Shown: positions 6,010 through 12,976 of the stretch, in pieces
Position numbering within the stretch: the stretch's first letter is position 1
Layout: each line of letters begins with the position of its first letter
Notes under the pieces: generated by a model
What the model was told of the DNA's origin: nothing
The model's database searches: none
What the model saw: only the letters and a program-made list of their open reading frames with translations
Position numbers and translations under genes: made by a program
IMG/VR virus record: IMGVR_UViG_3300033405_000012
Coordinates: 1-14,141 of that record
Source: a virus
Taxonomy: Duplodnaviria; Heunggongvirae; Uroviricota; Caudoviricetes
DNA length: 14,141 nucleotides
Direction: 5' to 3' (one strand)

Positions 6010-6719
6010 CAGTGGGGCCTCATACGCTTGATGCCCGTGCGAAGCAGTTGCACCACGGCCACGGCGTCTTCCAGGGCAGTGTGGGCGACCTTCGGGTTCA
6101 TGCCCGCCCGCTCGTAGCACGTCTTGCTGTCGGGCAGCTTTTCGTCGCCAGGCAGCCAGAAGAGCATTGCCGGGTCCAGCGTGCGGTGACTGAAGCGGAC
6201 CTTGTTCTCGAAGTCCGGCAACCGCTTGAGGAACTGCCGGTCGAAGCTGGCGAAGTTCTTGCCGGCCGGCGTGATCGACTTGGACAGGTCCCATGCGCAA
6301 CCGCCGAGCCAAGCGGCCATCTTGCCGGCTACTTCCTCCGGCAGCAGCAAGTCTTCACCCTTCTCCGGGTCGGCGAGCCGCCGCAGGGTTTCCCCATTCA
6401 GTGCGAGAGCGTATGGCTGCCCGACGATCTGCTTGTGGACCACGTAGCAGTGGAACGTCGGCAGTTCGCGTAGGGGCCGTGTCCAGTCGTCATAGACGGC
6501 ACCGATCTCAAGGATTTGGCACACGTTCGGGTCCAGGCCGGTCGTTTCGATGTCGATGCTCACGTAGGGCAGCGCCGGCTTCGGATTGGGCAGCCGTGGC
6601 TCGCTGAGGCCGTAGGCAAACTCACCCTGCCAGCCGCACGCGCACCGGGCGATGGTACAGCCCGGGTCGGTCGGGTCGAGTTGCCGTAGCGGCCATTCGC
6701 ATTCGGGGCACAACTTCAT
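6009..6719 (-). CDS. DEDDh 3'-5' exonuclease (DnaQ/RNase T-like) with N-terminal Zn ribbon
   Basis: ExoI SIDIETTG, ExoII GKNFASFD, ExoIII HTALEDA. N-terminal CPEC...CACGW. ATG 6719 has an ATGA overlap with the upstream stop. Confidence 0.92.
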   Translation of the reverse strand: MKLCPECEWPLRQLDPTDPGCTIARCACGWQGEFAYGLSEPRLPNPKPALPYVSIDIETTGLDPNVCQILEIGAVYDDWTRPLRELPTFHCYVVHKQIVGQPYALALNGETLRRLADPEKGEDLLLPEEVAGKMAAWLGGCAWDLSKSITPAGKNFASFDRQFLKRLPDFENKVRFSHRTLDPAMLFWLPGDEKLPDSKTCYERAGMNPKVAHTALEDAVAVVQLLRTGIKRMRPH

Positions 6720-7231
6720 TGGATCACCGTGTTGTGTCGGGCCAGGGTTTCGCGGACCCAATCTTCCGTGGCGTGGTGCCACGCGCCGCACGAGCAGGGG
6801 CCGACCAGCATGTCGCAAGGCTCATGGGAGGCGTTGTAGTGGTAGTCGGTCCACTCCGCAGGCCAGGGCACCATGCCGCTGGAAGCCGTTTTCAGGACGA
6901 CGGACGGCAGGGCGTGGGGCCGTCGCAAGGCCGTGAACAGTTCCACCAGCGAGTGCAAGGCGTTGCGAACCTCAGCCTTGATCCGGTGCAGGTCCATCTC
7001 TGTGGCGTTGCCGGCGTCGTAGACCTGCTCGGCGACAAGCTCTTGCCGGCACACGTCCCGAAACAACGTGAGGGCCTGGACCGCCGCCAGGACCGGGTTG
7101 AACTGGTCGCTGGGCGGCGGTGCCTTGGCCGTCTCGCCGCTGTCGCCGAACCACCCGCAGGCATCGCAGTAGCGGCAGTCATCGCCACTGTCGTCCAGGG
7201 GTGTTCCGCACTTCGGACAGAACTCAGCCAT
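6716..7231 (-). CDS. Hypothetical Zn-ribbon protein (171 aa)
   Basis: Start MAEFCPKCGTPL...CRYCDACGW. C-terminal H..C....GPCSCGAWH is a second Cys/His cluster. Overlaps both neighbours. Confidence 0.8.
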   Translation of the reverse strand: MAEFCPKCGTPLDDSGDDCRYCDACGWFGDSGETAKAPPPSDQFNPVLAAVQALTLFRDVCRQELVAEQVYDAGNATEMDLHRIKAEVRNALHSLVELFTALRRPHALPSVVLKTASSGMVPWPAEWTDYHYNASHEPCDMLVGPCSCGAWHHATEDWVRETLARHNTVIQ

Positions 7232-7526
7232 GCCGGGGATTCTTTCCGATGTTGGGGTCGCGCGGGACGTTCTTGAACGCGGCGTTGAACTCCCGGACGG
7301 CACGCTCCGCTTCCTTGTCGCCGAACCGCTTCTTGATCTGAGCCAGGATGCTGGTGGCCTTGCTGGTGGGCGTATTGTGACGGCTCATTTGCAGCTTGAG
7401 GGTTTCCCGCAGGGCGTCCAGTTGGGCGTCGGTGCCGTACTGGTTGCCCTCTTTCGGGTTGCCGACCAGCGAGCGCGAGGCGGCGTTCTTCGCCAGCGGT
7501 AGTTGTCTGACTCGTGGGCGCGCCAT
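7224..7526 (-). CDS. Small basic hypothetical protein, paralog 1
   Basis: AGGTGA SD. Clear similarity to 7530-7859 (QLPL, LVGN, LRE.LK.Q, QI...FG.KE..RA.REFN..F, RDP). Confidence 0.85.
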   Translation of the reverse strand: MARPRVRQLPLAKNAASRSLVGNPKEGNQYGTDAQLDALRETLKLQMSRHNTPTSKATSILAQIKKRFGDKEAERAVREFNAAFKNVPRDPNIGKNPRHG

Positions 7527-7529
7527 TGC

Positions 7530-7859
7530 TCACCTGCCTTTCGGTCCGCTGGCGGGGAGCGTTCTGGTCGGCGGACGCCGGCCTTCTTCGGGATCACGCT
7601 CGATGCCGCGGAAAGTGAGGTTGAACTCCCGGATGGCCCGTTGAAGTTCCTTCTGGCCGTACTGCGTCCTGATCTGGTCCATGACGGCCTGGGCCTTCTT
7701 GCCGGCGGCGCGCCGGCTTTGGGCCTTGAGGCTCTCGCGCAGCTTGGCGAGTTCCACCTTGCCGCGGTCCTTCTGGTTGCCCACCAGCTTGTTTTGGGCG
7801 CGAACCTGGGCGGCCATCATCGCGGTCAGGGGCAGTTGTTTCGCTTGTGCTCTCGGCAT
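7530..7859 (-). CDS. Small basic hypothetical protein, paralog 2
   Basis: GAGGTGA SD. Paralogous to 7224-7526. Confidence 0.85.
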   Translation of the reverse strand: MPRAQAKQLPLTAMMAAQVRAQNKLVGNQKDRGKVELAKLRESLKAQSRRAAGKKAQAVMDQIRTQYGQKELQRAIREFNLTFRGIERDPEEGRRPPTRTLPASGPKGR

Positions 7860-7862
7860 GGT

Positions 7863-8174
7863 TCACCTCGGGCCGTTGCTGTCGCCAAGATGTTCGGGGA
7901 TCACGTCCATCCCCTTGTAGGTCGGGTTGATAAGCCGCAGGGCGGTTGGCGGAATCTTGTCACGGCCCTTGGCGGCCGTTTTCTTCAGTGCGCCGGCGAT
8001 CTTGGCCTTGGCCTGCGGACCCTTGGTTCGGGCCTGTGCTTGCAGGTCCTCGCGCAGGGCGGCCAATCCCGCCTTGCTGCGGCGGGCGGCCAGGGCCTTG
8101 CGGCGGCCGTCCAGGCTGGTAGCTTCTTCCATGCTCACCTTGTTGTCGGTTTGTCTTGCACGGGGCTTCCCCAT
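7863..8174 (-). CDS. Small basic hypothetical protein, diverged paralog 3 (alternative start 8132)
   Basis: MGKPRARQ resembles MARPRVRQ, and LAALREDLQAQ resembles LAKLRESLKAQ. GGAG SD at 8174. The AAGGTGAGC-ATG junction supports 8132 as an alternative start. Confidence 0.7.
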   Translation of the reverse strand: MGKPRARQTDNKVSMEEATSLDGRRKALAARRSKAGLAALREDLQAQARTKGPQAKAKIAGALKKTAAKGRDKIPPTALRLINPTYKGMDVIPEHLGDSNGPR

Positions 8175-8602
8175 GTCACGCTCCAGCTTCTTGTTGCGTC
8201 GCCCACGGCCCCGTCGAGCACGGCGTAGGCTTTGCGGTTGATCTTCTTCTTGATCCACAAGGGGAACCCTCGCGGGATCATGCCGAAGAGGTCTTGCAAG
8301 CCGCGGACGCCTGTGGCCTCACAGGCTTGCAACCAACGAGCGTAATGCCGCTCACAGTCCTCTTGGGCCGCCTTCATCGTCTTGTAGAGGCGGTGCCTGT
8401 CGTTCACGAAGTCCCACATCTCGAAGGACTCGTCCGATCCGCCGTAGTGCGGAATCACAAGCCGCACGCCGGCCTGGAACCGGGCCGGCACCCGCACGCC
8501 GAAGATCGCCCTGCGCCAGATGATCCGGTAGCCCTCCGGCGTGAACCATGTCCGGCGGACCTTTTGATTCTGGCCGCGCTTCTTCTTGCGGACGAAGTTC
8601 AT
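8135..8602 (-). CDS. Hypothetical basic protein (155 aa)
   Basis: ORF starting 3 nt after the upstream TAG. Aromatic/basic globular composition. Confidence 0.75.
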   Translation of the reverse strand: MNFVRKKKRGQNQKVRRTWFTPEGYRIIWRRAIFGVRVPARFQAGVRLVIPHYGGSDESFEMWDFVNDRHRLYKTMKAAQEDCERHYARWLQACEATGVRGLQDLFGMIPRGFPLWIKKKINRKAYAVLDGAVGDATRSWSVTWGSPVQDKPTTR

Positions 8603-8604
8603 GG

Positions 8605-8799
8605 CTACTGGCGACTGGCGAGGACTTCCAGGTGATCGTTGAGGTCGTCCAGTCTGCGGGCGATCTGGTTGAGCCGTTCCGCGACCATCAGTTGGATGAT
8701 GGCGGAATTGTCGATGCGCAGATTGGCCGCCTGCACCTTGTCGCGGAAGGCCAGAAAGGCAGTCACGGTGTTGCCTGCGTCAGTCTCGGTGCGGGTCAT
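8605..8799 (-). CDS. Hypothetical coiled-coil protein (64 aa)
   Basis: GGGAGG SD and ATGA overlap at 8796-8799. MTRTETDAGN...ERLNQIARRLDDLNDHLEVLASRQ. Confidence 0.75.
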   Translation of the reverse strand: MTRTETDAGNTVTAFLAFRDKVQAANLRIDNSAIIQLMVAERLNQIARRLDDLNDHLEVLASRQ

Positions 8800-9002
8800 T
8801 CTTTCCTCCCGATGCCCTTTCCGCGGCCGGCACGCGGATGGAGCGGGCTGTAGTGATCGTGGTAGGCCGGTGGCGACAGGAGGGTCCGGTAGGCCCGTCG
8901 CTTGCCGCATTTCGGGCACTTGAACGGCCCCTTGGCGTTGCGGTTCTGCCACGACTCGAAGTAGGCGTCACAGGCCCGGCAGTGCATGTCGTAGAGCGTC
9001 AT
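8796..9002 (-). CDS. FmdB-family zinc-ribbon protein
   Basis: MTLYDMHCRACDAYFE...CPKCG matches the MPxYxYxCxxC..FE..CPxCG pattern. GAGGA SD. Confidence 0.8.
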   Translation of the reverse strand: MTLYDMHCRACDAYFESWQNRNAKGPFKCPKCGKRRAYRTLLSPPAYHDHYSPLHPRAGRGKGIGRKE

Positions 9003-9009
9003 GCCGTCC

Positions 9010-9222
9010 TCACAGGGTCTCGGGCTTGGGCACGATGACCGTGTTCTGCACGTTCCGAATCGTCAGACGGCTGCCGAGGGAGTTGAAGCCCACGATGCTG
9101 TCGTCGTTGACCTGGGTGACGTTCAGTTTGTTGAGCCACATCTTGCTGCCCCGGCGCACGGGGTAAACGACGACGTGGCCAGCCTCGATGATGCGGCCGG
9201 TGAAATCTCGGGCGGGGGTCAT
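9010..9222 (-). CDS. Hypothetical small beta-rich protein (70 aa)
   Basis: GGAGG SD and ATGA overlap. MTPARDFTGRIIEAGHVVVYPVRRGS... is possibly SH3/KOW-like (inference). Confidence 0.75.
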   Translation of the reverse strand: MTPARDFTGRIIEAGHVVVYPVRRGSKMWLNKLNVTQVNDDSIVGFNSLGSRLTIRNVQNTVIVPKPETL

Positions 9223-9458
9223 GCAACCTCCAGGCTCTCGTAATGGGGGACCTTCGGCGGAAACTTGTGTTTCAACTGCTTCGACAGTTCCGCCAGGATG
9301 GTGTCGAGGGCAGCCTTGTAGTTGACGACGTGCCGCAGCCGGGTCAGCAGTTCCCTGCTCGGCCGCGTGCCCTGGAAGACCAACGCCTTCATCTCGGGCC
9401 AGAAGGTCGGGTGAATGTCGTTCTGCTCCAGGATCAGTTCGAGTTTCTCGCTGCTCAT
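9219..9458 (-). CDS. Hypothetical protein (79 aa)
   Basis: AAAGGGAG SD before ATG 9458 (MSSEKLELILEQ). Confidence 0.75.
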   Translation of the reverse strand: MSSEKLELILEQNDIHPTFWPEMKALVFQGTRPSRELLTRLRHVVNYKAALDTILAELSKQLKHKFPPKVPHYESLEVA

Positions 9459-9493
9459 GTTGCTCCCTTTCACGCTGTTGAAGTGGTGTCCCC

Positions 9494-9512
9494 ACACTTT
9501 CCACATCAACGT
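9494..9512 (-). promoter_or_regulatory. Conserved 19-nt intergenic motif ACGTTGATGTGGAAAGTGT, copy 2
   Basis: Identical to 3255-3273. The match extends to 22/24 nt (acactttccacatcaacgtYcgYg). Intergenic, between the stop at 9525 and the SD of the 9458 gene. Confidence 0.75.
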
Positions 9513-9524
9513 TCGCGCGACCCG

Positions 9525-9776
9525 TCAGAGTGAATTTCGCTCCCCGACGAGGTTTTTCAGCACGCGATGGAGCAGGTCCCACGCTAAGAGCCGCTTGCGC
9601 GGAAAATCCGTTACTATGCCATGCTGCCACGGCCATCCGGCGGCGTCCCGCAGGTCGGCGAAGTAATTGCCGCGGGTCTTACTGCCGGTGCCCAGGTTCG
9701 TGATGGTGCCCGTGGCGAGGGTCCGTTTGCGGGCCTCGCAGCCGCCGGGCCAGAGTTCGATCCGCACGACCAGCAT
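9525..9776 (-). CDS. Phage-type hypothetical protein (83 aa)
   Basis: MLVVRIELWPGG...ITNLGTG...RGNY...FPRKRLLAWDLL resembles a common phage small-protein family (recalled, not searched). Starts 4 nt after the MTase stop. Confidence 0.75.
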   Translation of the reverse strand: MLVVRIELWPGGCEARKRTLATGTITNLGTGSKTRGNYFADLRDAAGWPWQHGIVTDFPRKRLLAWDLLHRVLKNLVGERNSL

Positions 9777-9780
9777 CGGG

Positions 9781-10530
9781 TCAGCCTTGCCAAACGGCAC
9801 GGTGAGGGTAGTTGATCGGGGCCAGGCCGTTTTCGGCGGCGATCCGAAGGCAATACTCCCGGTCCAGCTCGATCAGGGTGCAGGGGAGATTGATGCGTTT
9901 ACACACACGGAGCGTGGTCCCGGTGCCGGCGAAGGGGTCCAAAACCGTGCCGGCCGGCGGGGTAGTCAGCTTCAGGCAGCGCTCGACCAGGCCCTCATTC
10001 AGTTGGGTCGGGTGCCAGGTGCGACGCTGCTTGCTGTTGCCCACGACGCGGGTGAAGTCGAACACGTCGCCGGGCACCCGGCCTCGCGGGTCTGCTCGCT
10101 TGTCGCCGTTCTCTTGCCGCCATGACGGCACGCGGATGGCGTCGGGGAAGAGCGGCGCGTCGTGCCAGCGGAGCCGCCAGAGCGGCCGGTGGTTGTTGCC
10201 CAGGTCATGGTGGTTGTGCTGGCCGAAGGTGTAGGTCTGGACACAGGGCTTGACTTCCAGGCCGCGAAGCCGCTCCAACATGCCGGCCACGATGCGGCCG
10301 GTCTCGAAGGTCCACCGGGCGTTGAACGACAACCAGACGGTCTTGGCCTTGTAGATGAAGTGATGGAGCCACTCGCCGAGCAAGCCGAGGTACTTGTCGT
10401 CCGGCAGCTTGTCCCGGTAGGTGGCATAGTCCAGGCCGAGGTTGTCCGGCGGGTCCGCGAAGATCGTGTCCACGGGCTCCAGGCTTGGGAGCACTTCCAG
10501 GCAGTCGCCGCTGTAGAGGTGGTAGTTCAT
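9781..10530 (-). CDS. Beta-class N6A/N4C DNA methyltransferase-like protein with non-canonical DPPD motif IV
   Basis: GDCLEVL, IFADPPDN (codons GAC CCG CCG GAC), HPTQ and C-terminal motif I VLDPFAGTGTT. The IV-TRD-I order indicates beta class. Confidence 0.9.
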   Translation of the reverse strand: MNYHLYSGDCLEVLPSLEPVDTIFADPPDNLGLDYATYRDKLPDDKYLGLLGEWLHHFIYKAKTVWLSFNARWTFETGRIVAGMLERLRGLEVKPCVQTYTFGQHNHHDLGNNHRPLWRLRWHDAPLFPDAIRVPSWRQENGDKRADPRGRVPGDVFDFTRVVGNSKQRRTWHPTQLNEGLVERCLKLTTPPAGTVLDPFAGTGTTLRVCKRINLPCTLIELDREYCLRIAAENGLAPINYPHRAVWQG

Positions 10531-10575
10531 AAGGTGCAGGGTCGATGTGGGTGGCCATGCCAGGAAGCGCGTCGA

Positions 10576-10827
10576 TCACCGCTGCCTCGCCCGTAGGCTG
10601 ACGACTACGAAAGTGCCCAACCAGCCGCCGAGGATGTAGACGGCCACGGCCAGGAAACACTTCTCCACGATGAGGACTGTGGAGACGACGGTGCAGAAGT
10701 AGAGCAGCGCGCTCAGGTTTGCCGCTGCCAGCGGCCGGCGCATCTGGACGGCATCGACGCACAGCGTCCACACCAGGTCCATGATGAACCCGCAGAGAAA
10801 CGCAAGGCTGATGACGGCCCACGACAT
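10576..10827 (-). CDS. Small membrane protein (~3 TM helices)
   Basis: 83 aa, almost entirely hydrophobic, ending GGWLGTFVVV. Starts 2 nt after the upstream TAG. Confidence 0.8.
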   Translation of the reverse strand: MSWAVISLAFLCGFIMDLVWTLCVDAVQMRRPLAAANLSALLYFCTVVSTVLIVEKCFLAVAVYILGGWLGTFVVVSLRARQR

Positions 10828-10829
10828 GG

Positions 10830-11144
10830 CTAACCGGGAAGAATGAGACGAGGGGGCGGAGGAGCCATGACGGCATCCGGTTGGGCCTTTCGGACCCCGA
10901 AGGTCACGGACGGCAACAGATCGGTCAGGCCGTAGACCTCGCCCTCCCGGACGTATTCCAGGGTGATGGCGGCGTCCGGGATGCCGTGCCGGTTGATGGC
11001 CTCTTCCAGGCTGCTGAACACCTGCGTCAGACGGGCGGGCGTCAGCAGCGCCAGCAACACGCGCTGGCGGACTTCCACGGGGATTTGGAAGCGAAGGGAG
11101 GCTTCCGGCTCCGGTTTCGGTTCGGGTTGCGCATCAGTGGACAT
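10830..11144 (-). CDS. Hypothetical protein (104 aa)
   Basis: GAGGT SD, abuts the nuclease stop. Pro-rich termini. Confidence 0.75.
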   Translation of the reverse strand: MSTDAQPEPKPEPEASLRFQIPVEVRQRVLLALLTPARLTQVFSSLEEAINRHGIPDAAITLEYVREGEVYGLTDLLPSVTFGVRKAQPDAVMAPPPPRLILPG

Positions 11145-11147
11145 TGG

Positions 11148-12146
11148 CTACCTCTTGAATTGGGGCCGGGTGACTTCGTTGAACCAGTCGTCGTAGGGGC
11201 CGGCGGTCTTGCCCAGGCTCAGGGCCGTCTCCTCCAGCACCTCGCGGCGGCCGGCGTTCTCCTCGGGCGTCAGGTCCGGGAAGATGTTGCCGGAGGTGAC
11301 GGCTTCCCAGCAACGACCGACACGCTCCAAGAGCTTCGTTTGGTGGTCAGCCTTGATGCGGGCGCGATGATTGGCGACCCGCAGCAAGGGCGCGGGGCTG
11401 GCCGGCTTGGCGGCGATCTCTTCGATCATGCCGACCACGTTCTCGTCGCCTGGCTTCTCGCCCAGCAACCAGCCGTAGAGGCAGAGTTGGTCGGCGTACT
11501 CTTCGTTGCAACACTCCATGTAGCCGGCGTTGACGATGAAGCCGCGGTGGTTGAACTCCAGGAAGTTGGTGTGCTGGGTCCCGTGGCTCTTGCTCGGCTT
11601 CTCGCTCCGGTAGCCGTCGCGGCAGAGCATGTAGCCCTTCGACGGGCTGGTGGCGTACTTGCTGCAATACCCGCGGACCTTCCAGTCCAGGATGCAGTGG
11701 ATCAGGCCGAGGCCGAAGTCCAGCACGAAGCGGCAGTCCGGCTTGCCCGTGAACGGCGCGCCGGCAATGACGCCATCGACCTTGAACTCGAAGCGCGGCC
11801 TCTCAACCGACCTTTGCAGCAGGGCGAGCAGCTCGTCGAAGCTGCCGGTCAGCTTGTAGCAATCGAAGACGTGCTGGCCGGCGGCACGGGCGAAATCCCG
11901 GCACGGCTCTTCGACCTGGCTCTCAAAGATCGCCTCAAAGGCGAACTTTGGATCGGCCCCGGTGCCGAAGAGGGCGGCCTGCAATGCGGACTTCACGTAG
12001 GCGTCGAAGCTGGCACCCACGGCCATCGGCGGCTCCTGCGGCAGGCGCGGAGCCGCGTGGTCTGCCTGATAGCGCAGGTAGAACTCCTCGGGGTTCTTTT
12101 CCCAGAGGGTCAAGGACGAGTAGCTGAGGCTCTTAGGTGTTCGCAT
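11148..12146 (-). CDS. PD-(D/E)XK nuclease (RecB/Exo VIII/PDDEXK_1-like)
   Basis: N-terminal LSYSSL, EFK, GKPD, ILDWK and QLCLYG motifs. ATG 12146 overlaps the upstream stop; 332 aa. Confidence 0.85.
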   Translation of the reverse strand: MRTPKSLSYSSLTLWEKNPEEFYLRYQADHAAPRLPQEPPMAVGASFDAYVKSALQAALFGTGADPKFAFEAIFESQVEEPCRDFARAAGQHVFDCYKLTGSFDELLALLQRSVERPRFEFKVDGVIAGAPFTGKPDCRFVLDFGLGLIHCILDWKVRGYCSKYATSPSKGYMLCRDGYRSEKPSKSHGTQHTNFLEFNHRGFIVNAGYMECCNEEYADQLCLYGWLLGEKPGDENVVGMIEEIAAKPASPAPLLRVANHRARIKADHQTKLLERVGRCWEAVTSGNIFPDLTPEENAGRREVLEETALSLGKTAGPYDDWFNEVTRPQFKR

Positions 12147-12621
12147 CGGACGGCTGCGCGTTGAGGGTGAGGGTGCCAGGGCCAACGTCGATCGTCGTGT
12201 CACCGGCCTGAATCTGACCGTGCGTGGTGTGAACGACGCTGGCCGGCATGGGGGCTGCCGGCTCCGGTGGTGGTTCCGGCGCAGCCTTCTCGGTCTGTTG
12301 GGCCACCAGGTTCTTGAAGCGCTGCTGGACGGCCGCGGGGATTGGGGCCGGTGGCTCGGTGGTTGGCCAGTGCCCCAGGATGCTGGCGACGATCGCCTGG
12401 GTACGAACGACCGGCGGCATAGCCGCCATCGCCCGAAGGCGAGGCAGGCAGCACTTCTTCGCCTTCTTGCCACTGCCGCAGGGACAGAGTTGGTTGCGGC
12501 GAATGTCCACCCGCCTCTGGACCGGGAGGACCGGGCCACGATACTTCGGCAAACGGCCTCGTGCGGCGTTGCCGCCCGGGGGATTGCCGGCAGAGACGAT
12601 GATGGCGTTGTCAGGGCTCAT
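12133..12621 (-). CDS. SEC-C motif protein
   Basis: IRRNQLCPCGSGKKAKKCC is a canonical SEC-C Zn-binding motif. AGGTGA SD before ATG 12621. Confidence 0.85.
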   Translation of the reverse strand: MSPDNAIIVSAGNPPGGNAARGRLPKYRGPVLPVQRRVDIRRNQLCPCGSGKKAKKCCLPRLRAMAAMPPVVRTQAIVASILGHWPTTEPPAPIPAAVQQRFKNLVAQQTEKAAPEPPPEPAAPMPASVVHTTHGQIQAGDTTIDVGPGTLTLNAQPSDANT

Positions 12622-12629
12622 GTGATTGC

Positions 12630-12950
12630 TCACCTGTGTGGGCCGGGTGGATTCGGATGCGGGGCCGGTGGCTGTGGCCTCGGCGGCTCCGGCCGCGGCA
12701 CAGGCGGTCTCGGCGGCTCCGGTCTCGGTGGCTCCGGCCGTGGGGTCGGCCGCGGCTGCGGGCTCGGATGCGGCCGGCGTCGATTCGGGACCACGGGCAC
12801 CACAATGGGCGGTTCCGGCACGATGATCGGTCGTGGCACGGGAACCGGGATCGGAACTGGAATCGGGATCGGCTGACGCAGTGGTCGCGGCGGCGGGACC
12901 GGCTCGCAGCCGATCAGTGCCGCGAGCAAGAGCAGGGAAAGGTAACGCAT
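12630..12950 (-). CDS. Proline-rich putative lipoprotein
   Basis: GGAGG SD. MRYLSLLLLAALIG-C has a lipobox-like signal, followed by (PI/PV)n and PRPEP repeats. Confidence 0.8.
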   Translation of the reverse strand: MRYLSLLLLAALIGCEPVPPPRPLRQPIPIPVPIPVPVPRPIIVPEPPIVVPVVPNRRRPHPSPQPRPTPRPEPPRPEPPRPPVPRPEPPRPQPPAPHPNPPGPHR

Positions 12951-12966
12951 GTTTGTCCTCCATCTG

Positions 12967-12976
12967 CCACATCAAC
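12967..12976 (-). promoter_or_regulatory. Partial copy (GTTGATGTGG) of the 19-nt motif
   Basis: 10-nt exact core, immediately upstream of the GGAGG SD of the 12950 gene. Confidence 0.5.
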
